From a virus: 64,000 nt of DNA. Numbering within the stretch: the stretch's first letter is position 1; each line of letters starts with the position of its first letter. Location of the stretch: IMG/VR virus record IMGVR_UViG_3300013132_000021; one strand, written 5' to 3'. The position numbers and the translations under genes are program-made. The notes beneath the pieces are model-generated. The model was not told where the DNA came from. It was given only the letters and a program-made list of their open reading frames with translations, and made no database searches. Below, piece after piece: positions 15,155-25,206 of this stretch.

Positions 15155-15385
15155 TCACTTAGTTATGTTGAGCGGTTTGCCTCTCATGCCTTTTCTGGCT
15201 TTTCGCCGTTCTTCTCTTTTTTCTTGTATTTCTTTTCGTCTTGTACTTGCCTCATTGCGTATTTCTGATAGCCAATATCGTGCCTTAATGCCTGCTTCGT
15301 CTGAATGTTTATATTCAAACCGTTCTTGCCACTTAAAGTATTCTTGGAACGCTTTAATCATGCGATCATGACTGTCTGTGCTCAT
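15155..15385 (-). CDS. Small basic hypothetical protein (76 aa)
   Basis: ATGA overlap with gp46 stop; helical, K/R-rich. Confidence 0.7.
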   Translation of the reverse strand: MSTDSHDRMIKAFQEYFKWQERFEYKHSDEAGIKARYWLSEIRNEASTRRKEIQEKREERRKARKGMRGKPLNITK

Positions 15386-17160
15386 GATACTATTTCGATA
15401 TCTGTTGAATAACTAGTGAACCCTCCCTCTTTGATCACTTTCAACACATGATTCACACGACTGGTTAGATCATCTCTGTGCGAAATTAAGAATACATTCT
15501 TGTCACGCTCGCGGGTCATCTTTTTCAACACAGCGATACTGGATTCTACTCCTGAAGCATCCATGCCTGAATCCACTAATTCGTCAATGAATAACAGATT
15601 GATGCCGTGATAGAGATTCTCCCATACATCACGGAAAGCCCAACTCAGAGAAAGTATCAATCTATTGCGTTCCCCGCGGCTCAGATTGTCAAAATCTAGA
15701 TCCTGGCCCAGTTGGGTGATGATCACAGTGAGATCATTTTGGAATTCCACGGTGTGTGGTAGTCCGATCTTGTCCAGATAGTAGGTAAGGCGTTGATTGA
15801 GGAATGCGAGATTCTGATCAATGATGCGTTTGCGTACAAAACTATCTTTGTTTGTGAGCAATTTGTACAGAAACTCCTGATGGTCTTTGACACGCACTAG
15901 TTCGTTCATGTAGTTCCAATCGATCTCTTGTACCGCAGTGGCTTTGAGCTCGATGATCTGTTCATCATAGGGATTTTCATCTGCGGCCTTAATCTCGAGA
16001 TCTTTTTCTAAACTGGTTAATGTGTTCTTGTGATTTAACGCCTCTTCCAAGGTATCATACTGCACTGTTGGACAATCGCCTAGTGCACCAAGATCTACTA
16101 GTGCTGATTCATAGGCAGAGATGTTCGCAGTCTGTAGATCATATTCTGCACAGGCAGCGGCATGATCTTTGCGTTTTGCAGCCATAACTTCGTCGTGCTT
16201 GGCATCATGAAATTCTTGACCACAGGCATGACAGAGATGCCGTTCTAGAGTAGCGATTTCTGCTGCTAATCGATCACGCAGTTTTTCTTCTCTGCTTTGA
16301 TCTAGCCTAGCACGATTCAATTGAGCAGTGACTTCGTTGATGTCTTTGCGCAGTTGATTATACACAGCCAGAGCCTTGTGTGCAGCCACTTCTTGTTCGA
16401 TGTCGATGTGACTTAGATGATCGATGCTCTTGAGAATATTTTCGAGATTTTTTTCCTTGGCTTCTTCCCACATGTTCTGCTTACGCTCTAGGGCAGTGAT
16501 GCTCTGCTGTATGCGCTCGTTGCTGGCTTTAACAGTTTCTACACGAGTAGTTTCAGTGCTGATACTGTCTTTGGTCAGCTTGATCTGTTCCTTGAGAGCA
16601 TCTGCTTTTTCACTTAACAATGTGATACCTAACAACTGTTCGATGATAGCACGTTGTTCTGCTGCCTTCTGCGCCAAGAACGGTTCTGTGTAGGTGTTTA
16701 GAGCCACTAGATGCTTGAACATGTCGTGGCTCATGCAGAATCGTTCTTCGATGCTTTTCTGTGTTTCTCTGCTGTCACCTTGCGATTCGTCTAGATCTGT
16801 GAGCTGCTGTTCTTCACCATTGACACTGAATTTCAGTATGTTGGGTTTGCGACCCCGTTCGATGTGATATTCAACACCGTCTACATCAAAGGTCACAGTG
16901 ACCAGCATGCCCTTGCCGTTGATCTTATTGATTAGATTATCACGTTTGATATTGGTCAAGGCCTGTCCGTAGATGCCGTAGCTGAGACCATTGATGATAG
17001 TGGTTTTGCCTGTGCCATTTCTTGCACCAGAGTCGTCACCTCCTAGATCTAAGTTTTCACCTAAGACCAGTGTGAGCTGTCCGCGATCAAAGTCGATGGC
17101 TTGAGTCTGTGCGCCCACACTCATGAAGTTACGCACAGTTAGATTCTTGATTTTAATCAT
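15382..17160 (-). CDS. gp46: Recombination endonuclease ATPase subunit (Rad50/SbcC-like)
   Basis: Walker A GARNGTGKTT, CHAC zinc hook within coiled coil, signature LSRGE, Walker B LLFIDE, ISH. Confidence 0.95.
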   Translation of the reverse strand: MIKIKNLTVRNFMSVGAQTQAIDFDRGQLTLVLGENLDLGGDDSGARNGTGKTTIINGLSYGIYGQALTNIKRDNLINKINGKGMLVTVTFDVDGVEYHIERGRKPNILKFSVNGEEQQLTDLDESQGDSRETQKSIEERFCMSHDMFKHLVALNTYTEPFLAQKAAEQRAIIEQLLGITLLSEKADALKEQIKLTKDSISTETTRVETVKASNERIQQSITALERKQNMWEEAKEKNLENILKSIDHLSHIDIEQEVAAHKALAVYNQLRKDINEVTAQLNRARLDQSREEKLRDRLAAEIATLERHLCHACGQEFHDAKHDEVMAAKRKDHAAACAEYDLQTANISAYESALVDLGALGDCPTVQYDTLEEALNHKNTLTSLEKDLEIKAADENPYDEQIIELKATAVQEIDWNYMNELVRVKDHQEFLYKLLTNKDSFVRKRIIDQNLAFLNQRLTYYLDKIGLPHTVEFQNDLTVIITQLGQDLDFDNLSRGERNRLILSLSWAFRDVWENLYHGINLLFIDELVDSGMDASGVESSIAVLKKMTRERDKNVFLISHRDDLTSRVNHVLKVIKEGGFTSYSTDIEIVS

Positions 17161-18167
17161 AGGTCGTTGTATATCTCCAACAGCAGGCTCTTGTCAAAGG
17201 TATCGCTGTCAATGGCATTGATCTGATTCATCACTATGGTATCTACACTTTCAAAATTGATGTCGATTGGTGCAGAAGTAGCGTCTACTTCTACCTTTTC
17301 AGGTATCAGCATCAGTTCTCTGAGATCATATTCAGGCATGAACTTTTCTTTGATAAAGTTAGCTTCTTCGAATGTGATAGGTAAATCAATGGTCACGCGA
17401 CAGTGCATCTTAGGCCGCAGCAGTTTTTCTGGGGTGTCGATGATCTGACTCAGCTTGAACAATCTGTAGGTAGGCTGATCGGGCCAGGTCTTATACACAG
17501 GAGCCTTGCCCCACTCGAGGATCATCATTCCTCGCTCATCATCTCCGGCGTCCGCATAGTTGTGCGGAAAAGCATTGCCTATGTAAGTGATATTGCGTCC
17601 AGTCTGCCGTTTATGGAAGTGCCCGGAGAACACACATTCCTGATTCTGGAAGTGTGTGCTCTGTAATTGTCCGTGATCGGGCATCTGCACCATGGCGTTC
17701 ATGTAGAAGCTGGGCAATTCTAAGTGACCGAATATGTAACGGCTCTTGATCTTAGGCACAGCCTGCCATTCATCCCCTACCAGCCAAGGCATGATAGTGA
17801 CATCGCCGTCTGTGAATGTATCTTTGATAGGAACGATGTTAGGAAACAGGCGCATAAACTCTATGGAGTTGATCTCACGCTTGTCTTTGTAGAACAGATC
17901 GTGATTGCCTAAGATGAAATACACGGTGTCGAAACTCTTGCTCAAGCGTTCTAAGTTTGACACGGTGTAGTTCATCGTGGAGACATCTGTGGTCGAACGA
18001 TTGTTATGCCAATCACCTAAAAACACACAACTTTCACAATTTTCTTTTTTTGCCTCTTCGCAGAACCACTTGACGAATTCTTCGCAATCGGTATTATGGG
18101 TTCGGCTACCACTCTTGAGACCAAAATGTATGTCTGTGAAACAGGCTACCTTTTTGAATAGATTCAT
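17157..18167 (-). CDS. gp47: Recombination endonuclease nuclease subunit (Mre11/SbcD-like)
   Basis: Phosphoesterase motifs DIHFG, LGDW, GNHD, GHLE, SGHFH. Confidence 0.95.
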   Translation of the reverse strand: MNLFKKVACFTDIHFGLKSGSRTHNTDCEEFVKWFCEEAKKENCESCVFLGDWHNNRSTTDVSTMNYTVSNLERLSKSFDTVYFILGNHDLFYKDKREINSIEFMRLFPNIVPIKDTFTDGDVTIMPWLVGDEWQAVPKIKSRYIFGHLELPSFYMNAMVQMPDHGQLQSTHFQNQECVFSGHFHKRQTGRNITYIGNAFPHNYADAGDDERGMMILEWGKAPVYKTWPDQPTYRLFKLSQIIDTPEKLLRPKMHCRVTIDLPITFEEANFIKEKFMPEYDLRELMLIPEKVEVDATSAPIDINFESVDTIVMNQINAIDSDTFDKSLLLEIYNDL

Positions 18168-18173
18168 AGATAT

Positions 18174-18202
18174 ATTGTACGACCTTTGCGATTAGAGATC
18201 AA
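18174..18202 (-). promoter_or_regulatory. Sigma70-type promoter for gp47, predicted leaderless
   Basis: TTGATC-17 nt-TACAAT-6 nt-ATG. Confidence 0.65.
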
Positions 18203-19041
18203 TCCCAATCGCCGCCGTCTGAGACTGGCCCGGAGGATATCACAGGGCCGCTGCCGCTGTTCTGTCTGGTCCATGAAGGATTCATGCCGTTCATTTCAAG
18301 AATGTCGTCTCGAATGTTTTGGTTGCGTTTTTCAATGTTGATGATTCGCACGAATGAATTAGTAACAGCAGCGGTATAATAAGCGAAAGGATTATCGGAT
18401 TTGGATTCATCGAACTGTAGTCCTATCTGAGTGAGTTGTAAGATGGCCTGCCCACGCATTTCGTCATTGTAGGTATAGCCTCGAACGTTGCCTCTGGTAG
18501 CATAGCGTTCACAGAGCTTGATAAACATGCGAGCGAGATCGTTGGTCATCTGACCGTGATCCTTAGAGAATTCACCGTGCTCGAGATCACCTTTCCAGTG
18601 GCTCTTGCCAACACAACTGATATTACCTTTGTCATCGAACTTCCAATGTTGGAATGGAGGAAAATTAACTTTGTCATGACTGTCCGCGGTGTTCTTCAAC
18701 GTCTTTTTGCGACCCGGAGCCAACGGTATATGTTCAAAGGTCATCACACGGAATATGAGATCTTCCTTGCGCATCTTTTTGTAATCTACTTCAAATTCTT
18801 TAGCAGGTAGTTTTTTACCTCCGGTTATTACCGCTGCTTCGTGTGCCTGTTTGCTGAGTCTAGCTGCACAATTTCTTTTAGCCTCTGCTATGGTTCTTAT
18901 GTTGATTTTAGCTAGATTAGGTACTATGAGATCATAGAATCCATATTCTGGTTTGAGGTAGCTGCAATAGGTATTTTTACTAAGGTGTATTTCTTTCAGT
19001 AGGTCTTTGTTGGTCAAATACTTGATCTTGGGCACTGTCAT
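18199..19041 (-). CDS. gp55: Late-transcription sigma factor, T4 gp55 family
   Basis: YLTNKDLL N-terminus, GYTYNDEM, FDESKSDNPFAYYT, FVRIINIEKR. Confidence 0.9.
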   Translation of the reverse strand: MTVPKIKYLTNKDLLKEIHLSKNTYCSYLKPEYGFYDLIVPNLAKINIRTIAEAKRNCAARLSKQAHEAAVITGGKKLPAKEFEVDYKKMRKEDLIFRVMTFEHIPLAPGRKKTLKNTADSHDKVNFPPFQHWKFDDKGNISCVGKSHWKGDLEHGEFSKDHGQMTNDLARMFIKLCERYATRGNVRGYTYNDEMRGQAILQLTQIGLQFDESKSDNPFAYYTAAVTNSFVRIINIEKRNQNIRDDILEMNGMNPSWTRQNSGSGPVISSGPVSDGGDWD

Positions 19042-19068
19042 TGATTATATGTCTCCGTGGTTAGTAAT

Positions 19069-19077
19069 ATAATAGCA
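19069..19077 (-). promoter_or_regulatory. Extended -10 promoter for gp55
   Basis: TGcTATTAT upstream of a GGAG RBS. Confidence 0.45.
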
Positions 19078-19090
19078 TATTTTCCTAATA

Positions 19091-19097
19091 ATAAATA
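19091..19097 (+). promoter_or_regulatory. Late promoter (ATAAATA) for the baseplate operon
   Basis: Motif 26 nt upstream of ATG 19124, AAGGA RBS between. Confidence 0.6.
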
Positions 19098-19123
19098 GTC
19101 TATAACAAGGAAATCTGTTCAAA

Positions 19124-20404
19124 ATGGCGAGAAAAACCTATCCTGAAACCCCTGCAGAAGAAGCCGCAAGAATAAATGCTGCCAGCGGTGATCCCGAGGG
19201 CATCACTGCAGAGCAAGTGGCCAACAACCGCAAGCTAAATGAATCATTGACCGCATCATTTGGATTTGGCAACAGTTCTAGTGGTCCCCCGGTTAACCCT
19301 TTCGCAAGTCTAGTAGCAGGGGTTTCTTCTAGAATACAACAAACCCAGGAAGCTGACGCGGCCCAATTACCTGGAAATTTTGCACAGGCCAAAGCTGAAT
19401 TAGACGACAAGATTTCTAAAGCATCTGGAGAGATAGGATCGGGCCTTAACGGATTTACCGGTAATGTAAAACAAGGAATCTCCCAGTTGCAGGCATCTTT
19501 AGGTGCCTCGGGTGCTGAAACAGGGCTTGGAGGATTCGCTGATGCTGCTAAAAGTAAATTTAGTGGTGCAATAGGTTCATTGCAATCAGTGGCAGGCTCA
19601 ACCAGTAACATTGCGGCAGATATCTCCGGTACTATAAACAAATTAACAGGCGGCAGCCTTGCTGGGGGTCTGCTGAAAGCTGCAGGACAAATTAGTGCAG
19701 CTGCCGGTATGCTTAACAATATACTTAGCTTAAAGAGAGGAGCCAATCTTCCAAAGGGAGCGGATGTGTTTAGTAAAAACGGAGAACCAATAAAATTAAA
19801 TGTTTCTTCGAAAAATGATTGGCGTGTAAGAATAGATTGTCAATGGAATATTTTTGATAGTCCTATATTTGAAAGATTGAAACTCACAGGCGGAGTGGTA
19901 TGGCCATACCTACCTAGTATCACAGTGGCCACCAAGGCGGAGTATACACCAATTAATACAACACACAATAACTACACCAACTATGCCTATAAAGGCAGCA
20001 TGGTAGATGACATACAGATCTCTGGAGAGTTTTCGTGCGAAACAGCCAGCGATGCGGCATATTGGATAGCTGCTACTACCTTTTTCAAAACAGCAACTAA
20101 AATGTTTTTCGGTCAAGGAGAACTAGCTGGTAATCCTCCGATTATTTGTATCCTCAAAGGCTATGGAGCCAGTGTGTTTAACAATACACCAGTGATTATA
20201 AAAAGTTTTTCAGTAGACCTCAAGGATGATGTTAATTATGTTAAATGTGAGGAATTTGGATCTACTACATGGGTACCGGTCCTCAGCACAATTTCAGTGA
20301 CAGTATCGCCAGTATATACCAGAGCTAGAATGCGTAAATTCAGTCTCCAAGATTATTCACGTGGTAGTCTTGCAGGAGAAAAAGGTCGAGTAGGATATAT
20401 CTAA
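19124..20404 (+). CDS. Baseplate tail-tube initiator/cap-like protein (gp48/gp54-like C-terminal domain)
   Basis: GVVWPYLPSI, GNPPIICIL.GYG..FNNTPVIIKSFSV tube-fold pattern; directly upstream of gp53. Confidence 0.6.
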   Translation: MARKTYPETPAEEAARINAASGDPEGITAEQVANNRKLNESLTASFGFGNSSSGPPVNPFASLVAGVSSRIQQTQEADAAQLPGNFAQAKAELDDKISKASGEIGSGLNGFTGNVKQGISQLQASLGASGAETGLGGFADAAKSKFSGAIGSLQSVAGSTSNIAADISGTINKLTGGSLAGGLLKAAGQISAAAGMLNNILSLKRGANLPKGADVFSKNGEPIKLNVSSKNDWRVRIDCQWNIFDSPIFERLKLTGGVVWPYLPSITVATKAEYTPINTTHNNYTNYAYKGSMVDDIQISGEFSCETASDAAYWIAATTFFKTATKMFFGQGELAGNPPIICILKGYGASVFNNTPVIIKSFSVDLKDDVNYVKCEEFGSTTWVPVLSTISVTVSPVYTRARMRKFSLQDYSRGSLAGEKGRVGYI

Positions 20405-20703
20405 TGGCAAAATATTCTAAAGCAAGTCCGTGGGCCAACACTCAACAAAATAATTTTTATCTGGAACTGTTAGATATTCGTCCGGTGCCTTCTGAAGCAG
20501 ACGATGTTAGATATGTGATTGAAAATCAATATCGTAACAGACCGGATTTATTAGCCTATGATCTTTATGGAGATCCTAAATTATGGTGGGTATTTGTGCA
20601 AAGAAATATGTCAGTGATAAAAGATCCTATCTATGATTTCAGACCAGGCACAGCCATATATCTGCCTAAGAAAAGTAATCTATCAAAGTTTCTAGGAGTG
20701 TGA
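20404..20703 (+). CDS. gp53: Baseplate wedge protein gp53-like (LysM-like)
   Basis: RPDLLAYDLYGDPKLWWVF motif. Confidence 0.85.
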   Translation: MAKYSKASPWANTQQNNFYLELLDIRPVPSEADDVRYVIENQYRNRPDLLAYDLYGDPKLWWVFVQRNMSVIKDPIYDFRPGTAIYLPKKSNLSKFLGV

Positions 20704-20704
20704 T

Positions 20705-23122
20705 ATGGCTTTAAGAGAACTAGGAAGAATTTTAGAAATTAAAAAACCAGACGGAACTTCTGTAATCCCGTTTGATACTGCTGCTGGCTTTAATATAAAT
20801 TCAGTGTTTCGCTCCACAGAAAATTTGATTGCGAGAGCAACCAATCCTATTCAGGACGGTAAAAGCAGTATAGCAGCCGATCCAAAAAAATTATCTTCAG
20901 CTGCAACAAAAAATTTACCATCTTTAACTCCTAATCCTATGGAAGAGTTTGCCACCAGCACCATATTATGGACGCTGGCCGCATTGACTCCTCAGCAGTT
21001 TAATGATCCAGCATCATATAGAAATAGTACCAGTGAACTGAAAAATATTGTGTTTAGTTCCGGTGGAAGATTTGATGACCAACGTGTGAACACTGCATTC
21101 GGAGCTCCGGAATATTTTATTAATAATTTTGTTATGAACAGCATTATCGGAGCCAATGAAAAAACTGGAAACAGTAATGCCATAAAATTTAGTTTTGAAA
21201 TTATAGAACCTCAATCTATGGGACTGTTGTTACAGAGCATGCAGAATGCTGCAATAAAGGCTGGATATCTCAGTTACCTTGACAACTGTCCGTATGTTCT
21301 AAGAATGGATATCAAAGGGTTCGACGAACTGGGAGTACCTATAAGTTCAATCAGACCAAAATTCTTTGTGATGAAGTTGGTTTCTATGAAATTTACAGTT
21401 ACTGAAGCGGGTTCTAACTATAAAGTAGAAGGCATTCCATATAATCATCAGGCATTTTCAGATGCTATTAATACAACCTATAACGATTTAAAAATAGCCG
21501 GAGATATTAAAGGACAAGGTGTAGTAGCTGAAGTTTTACAGACCAGTCCAGACGGGTTGACAGCGGTATTAAATCGTAACGAACAAAAATTAAAAGAAAC
21601 AGAGCGTATTGCTTATCCTGATAGATATGTTATACAATTTCCTCAAACCAGTAGCACTTGGTATTCTTCTGCAGGAAAAAAAGAAAAGAGAAATTCAGCT
21701 ACAGTAGATCCTGTCGAAGAAGAAAACGAGGGAGACATTGAGTTGTTTGATTCTGGAGTTAGTGTAGAAGCAGATGTGTCAAACTTGCCGATTAATGAAA
21801 TAGGAAGGTCTAGTCTCGGCTTCGATCAATTGAGAGGCGGCGCCAATATTTTTAAACGAGCTGGAGACAGTATAGATGAAAAAACAGGACTAGTGAAAAG
21901 AGATGGGATGACTATAGATCCTAAGCAACGAGCTTTTCAATTTGGGCAGGGACAGTCACTGACTTCTATTATTAATCAGATAGTGTTGAGTTCTAAATAT
22001 GCATTTAATGCCATTAACGAAAAAACTACTCCAGAAGGATATATCAAATGGTTTAAACTAGATGCACAGATAGAACTTTTAGAATATGATCCGTTAATAG
22101 GAGATTACGCTAAAAAAATTACTTATAGAGTAGTGCCCTACTTTATACATCAATCTATATTTGCTAATCCTAGTTCTGCACCTGTGGGATATCATGAATT
22201 AATGAAATCGGTAGTGAAAGAATATCAATATATCTACACCGGTCAAAATGTTGATGTAACGCGATTCGATATAGAAATTAACAATTTATTTTACACAGGG
22301 GCTAATCCCTCGGCGGAAAAGAGCGGATCAAAAACTGCTAATCAAGACCAGAAACCAGCGGAAAGAACCAATGCAAACACAGGCACAGGGCAGGGTAGTG
22401 CGCTATCTTCACAGGCAGCACAATTAGGTAGAGCTAGACCTAAACGAGATCCTAAATTGTTAAAGGGTTACAAGGGCGGTAATTCAGATAAGACAGTAGA
22501 ACAGAACATAGCAGAAACTTTTCAACAGGCCTTTCTCAGCGGTAACAGTGCCGATTTAGTTACCGTAAATCTCGAAATACTCGGAGATCCTTACTGGCTT
22601 GTAGACAGCGGAATAGCTAATTATTTTTCAGACGCTCCATCACCTAACAGCCAAATTACCAACGACGGAACCATGAACTATGAAAGTGGCAATGTTTACA
22701 TCTATCTAACATTTCGAACTCCCACCGATATTAATGAAACAACTGGATTGTATGATTTTTCACAGGCCGGTAAAGAAAGTCCGTTCGGCGGCATATACCG
22801 AGTCGTGATGTGTGAAAACACTTTTTCTGATGGACAATGGAAACAAAAACTCAAATGTATTAGGATGCCAGGCCCCCAAGGACCAGAAGTAACTGATGAA
22901 GACCGGTCGGGCACAGTAACTCCTACCGATGCTGGGGCTATTGACATTAAAGAACAGGAAGCTCCAAGTACTAGCCCTATAGATGATGGGGACCCCACTA
23001 CACAACTAGCTTCTAACACCAGTTCAACATCAACAGAAAGCACAGTATCGACTAGAACAACTTCTAATCAAGCACCGACTAGAACAGGTTTTAGATATTA
23101 TAGAGATTTAGGACAAGGATAA
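20705..23122 (+). CDS. Baseplate central hub protein (gp27/VgrG N-terminal-like)
   Basis: Between gp53 and gp5; LEILGDPYWL and GIYRVVMCENTFSDGQWKQKL hub-type C-terminal pattern. Confidence 0.65.
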   Translation: MALRELGRILEIKKPDGTSVIPFDTAAGFNINSVFRSTENLIARATNPIQDGKSSIAADPKKLSSAATKNLPSLTPNPMEEFATSTILWTLAALTPQQFNDPASYRNSTSELKNIVFSSGGRFDDQRVNTAFGAPEYFINNFVMNSIIGANEKTGNSNAIKFSFEIIEPQSMGLLLQSMQNAAIKAGYLSYLDNCPYVLRMDIKGFDELGVPISSIRPKFFVMKLVSMKFTVTEAGSNYKVEGIPYNHQAFSDAINTTYNDLKIAGDIKGQGVVAEVLQTSPDGLTAVLNRNEQKLKETERIAYPDRYVIQFPQTSSTWYSSAGKKEKRNSATVDPVEEENEGDIELFDSGVSVEADVSNLPINEIGRSSLGFDQLRGGANIFKRAGDSIDEKTGLVKRDGMTIDPKQRAFQFGQGQSLTSIINQIVLSSKYAFNAINEKTTPEGYIKWFKLDAQIELLEYDPLIGDYAKKITYRVVPYFIHQSIFANPSSAPVGYHELMKSVVKEYQYIYTGQNVDVTRFDIEINNLFYTGANPSAEKSGSKTANQDQKPAERTNANTGTGQGSALSSQAAQLGRARPKRDPKLLKGYKGGNSDKTVEQNIAETFQQAFLSGNSADLVTVNLEILGDPYWLVDSGIANYFSDAPSPNSQITNDGTMNYESGNVYIYLTFRTPTDINETTGLYDFSQAGKESPFGGIYRVVMCENTFSDGQWKQKLKCIRMPGPQGPEVTDEDRSGTVTPTDAGAIDIKEQEAPSTSPIDDGDPTTQLASNTSSTSTESTVSTRTTSNQAPTRTGFRYYRDLGQG

Positions 23123-23125
23123 CAC

Positions 23126-24724
23126 ATGGCAGAATTAGGTCGTCCCTCAGCTGAAGGAGAAGGAAAGTCAGGAGGTCTCACCCAAGGTATATATCTTGCA
23201 AGGGTGATCAGTCATCTTGATCCAACTTTCATGGGATCGTTGGAAGTGACATTACTTAAAGATCAAGGTAATGACCCTGGAGATGACAGTCAATTACATA
23301 TAGTAAAATATGCTCCTCCCTTCTTTGGTTACACAGGGTTTGAATATATGGGCAAGAATGATGGTACTAGTTCTACCATCGATGGATTCAATGACACACA
23401 GAAGAGCTACGGCATGTGGTTCGTGCCTCCAGATGTCGGTGTTAACGTGTTAGTGCTTTTTGTGGATGGCGATCCTGGACAGGGCTATTGGTTTGCGTGT
23501 GTTCCTGGCCGTTATATTAATAACATGGTTCCGGCTATTGCAGGATCTAAAATAAATGCATTAGATGCAGAAGATAAAGCTAGGTACGGTAACACTAAAC
23601 AGCCATTACCTGTAGCAGAAATAAACAAACGTATCAACGGTGAGAAGCAAGAAATAGATCCAGAAAAAATTCCTAGAGTTGTACATCCTATTGCCGATAG
23701 ATTTTTAGAGCAAGGGTTACTAGAAGATGATGTTCGTGGAACAAGTTCGTCATCACCTAGAAGAGAACTACCGGGTATGGTGTTTGGTATCTCAACTCCT
23801 GGTCCAGTAGATCGCAGAACTAATGCTAAAAAAGCAGTGATAGGAAAAAAAGACAGCAAGTCTGCACCACTACCTATCAGCAGATTAGGTGGCACACAGC
23901 TAGTCATGGACGACGGCGACGATCGTTATCACAGAGAAAAAACAGCCGCAGAAGGACCTGTGAAATATGTTGACCTTTTAGATCCAGAAGTTCAGCGTAG
24001 AATTTCACAGGGAGAAGCCACAGTTCCTTACAATGAATATTTCAGAGTCAGAACTAGAACTGGTCATCAGATACTGCTGCACAATTCAGAAGATCTAATC
24101 TACATAGGCAATGCTAGAGGCACTGCCTGGATTGAAATGACCAGCAATGGTAAGATAGATATCTATGCACAAGACAGTGTCAGCATACACACAGCTACTG
24201 ATCTTAACATACGTGCCGACAGAGACATCAATTTTGAAGCTGGCCGCAACATGAATTTTAGAACAGAATCAGGCAAATGGCATGCAGAAATTGCCACCGA
24301 CATGGAGTTCCTGATCAACAACGATGCCAAGCTCACCGTGGGGGCTAACTGTGATATTCTAGTAGGAGCCAAACTAAAGATATCAGCCAACAACGACATG
24401 GATATTGCTACCAACACAGAACTTAAGGTGTCGGCTACTGGTGATATTAGTGTAGGGTCTGCGTCAGAGTTAAAGATGAACGGCACAAAAATTAATCTCA
24501 ATGGACCTAACAATTCGGAAACTGCCGAGGTAGCAGACTTTGTAAGACCTTATGATCTCAGAGATAACGTAGCAACCAGCACCACCGCAGGCTGGGACAA
24601 GAGATATCAATCAGGAATAGTTCAGAGTTTTATGAAAAGAATTCCTATGCACGAACCCTGGCCTTTGCATGAACATCTGGCTCCTGCGCAACTAACTCCT
24701 GATAACACAGATAGGGACGCATAA
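23126..24724 (+). CDS. gp5: Baseplate spike gp5-like protein (OB fold + beta-helix, no lysozyme domain seen)
   Basis: SYGMWFVPPDVGVNVLVLF..GD, RTRTGHQILL, C-terminal ~8-residue beta-helix repeats, RIPMHEPW. Confidence 0.8.
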   Translation: MAELGRPSAEGEGKSGGLTQGIYLARVISHLDPTFMGSLEVTLLKDQGNDPGDDSQLHIVKYAPPFFGYTGFEYMGKNDGTSSTIDGFNDTQKSYGMWFVPPDVGVNVLVLFVDGDPGQGYWFACVPGRYINNMVPAIAGSKINALDAEDKARYGNTKQPLPVAEINKRINGEKQEIDPEKIPRVVHPIADRFLEQGLLEDDVRGTSSSSPRRELPGMVFGISTPGPVDRRTNAKKAVIGKKDSKSAPLPISRLGGTQLVMDDGDDRYHREKTAAEGPVKYVDLLDPEVQRRISQGEATVPYNEYFRVRTRTGHQILLHNSEDLIYIGNARGTAWIEMTSNGKIDIYAQDSVSIHTATDLNIRADRDINFEAGRNMNFRTESGKWHAEIATDMEFLINNDAKLTVGANCDILVGAKLKISANNDMDIATNTELKVSATGDISVGSASELKMNGTKINLNGPNNSETAEVADFVRPYDLRDNVATSTTAGWDKRYQSGIVQSFMKRIPMHEPWPLHEHLAPAQLTPDNTDRDA

Positions 24725-24725
24725 T

Positions 24726-25166
24726 ATGGCAAATAAACTTTATAATCAAAAAACAGTAGCTAATAATACCGCTGTTACAACAGAAAAAAATCTGGGAGTT
24801 TTTTTGTACAAGGGATTTAGTAGTCAACAGAGTTCAAAAAATTACAAACTCTATGATATTGATTTAGTCAAGCAGGATTTGATTAATCATTTCTATATCC
24901 GTAAAGGAGAAAAATTAGAAAATCCAGATTTTGGCACAGTGATATGGGATATGCTTTTTGAAAATTTCACAGAAGATGTCAAGCAGATTATCGCCAAAGA
25001 TGTTGAAGCCATAATAAATTACGATCCAAGGATCTCAGTGAACACTGTGACTATAGACAGCACGGATCAAGGAATTCGCATACAGGCTGACATAGTGTAC
25101 ATTCCTTTCAACGTCAATGAACGCATGTCTTTTGATTTTGATAAAACTAATAATATCATAATATGA
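24726..25166 (+). CDS. gp25: Baseplate wedge gp25-like protein
   Basis: KGEKLENPDFG..IWDMLFE and IINYDPRI motifs. Confidence 0.9.
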   Translation: MANKLYNQKTVANNTAVTTEKNLGVFLYKGFSSQQSSKNYKLYDIDLVKQDLINHFYIRKGEKLENPDFGTVIWDMLFENFTEDVKQIIAKDVEAIINYDPRISVNTVTIDSTDQGIRIQADIVYIPFNVNERMSFDFDKTNNIII

Positions 25167-25181
25167 CCACTTTATTTTATA

Positions 25182-25188
25182 ATAAATA
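25182..25188 (+). promoter_or_regulatory. Late promoter (ATAAATA) upstream of gp6
   Basis: Motif followed by AGGGA RBS and ATG 25207. Confidence 0.55.
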
Positions 25189-25206
25189 TTGGCATAGGGA
25201 CTCGAA

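Noticed and set aside
851-19041. Inteins or introns in gp20, gp23, gp46, gp47 or gp55
   Set aside because: Reading frames are continuous, with no intein terminal or LAGLIDADG motifs seen
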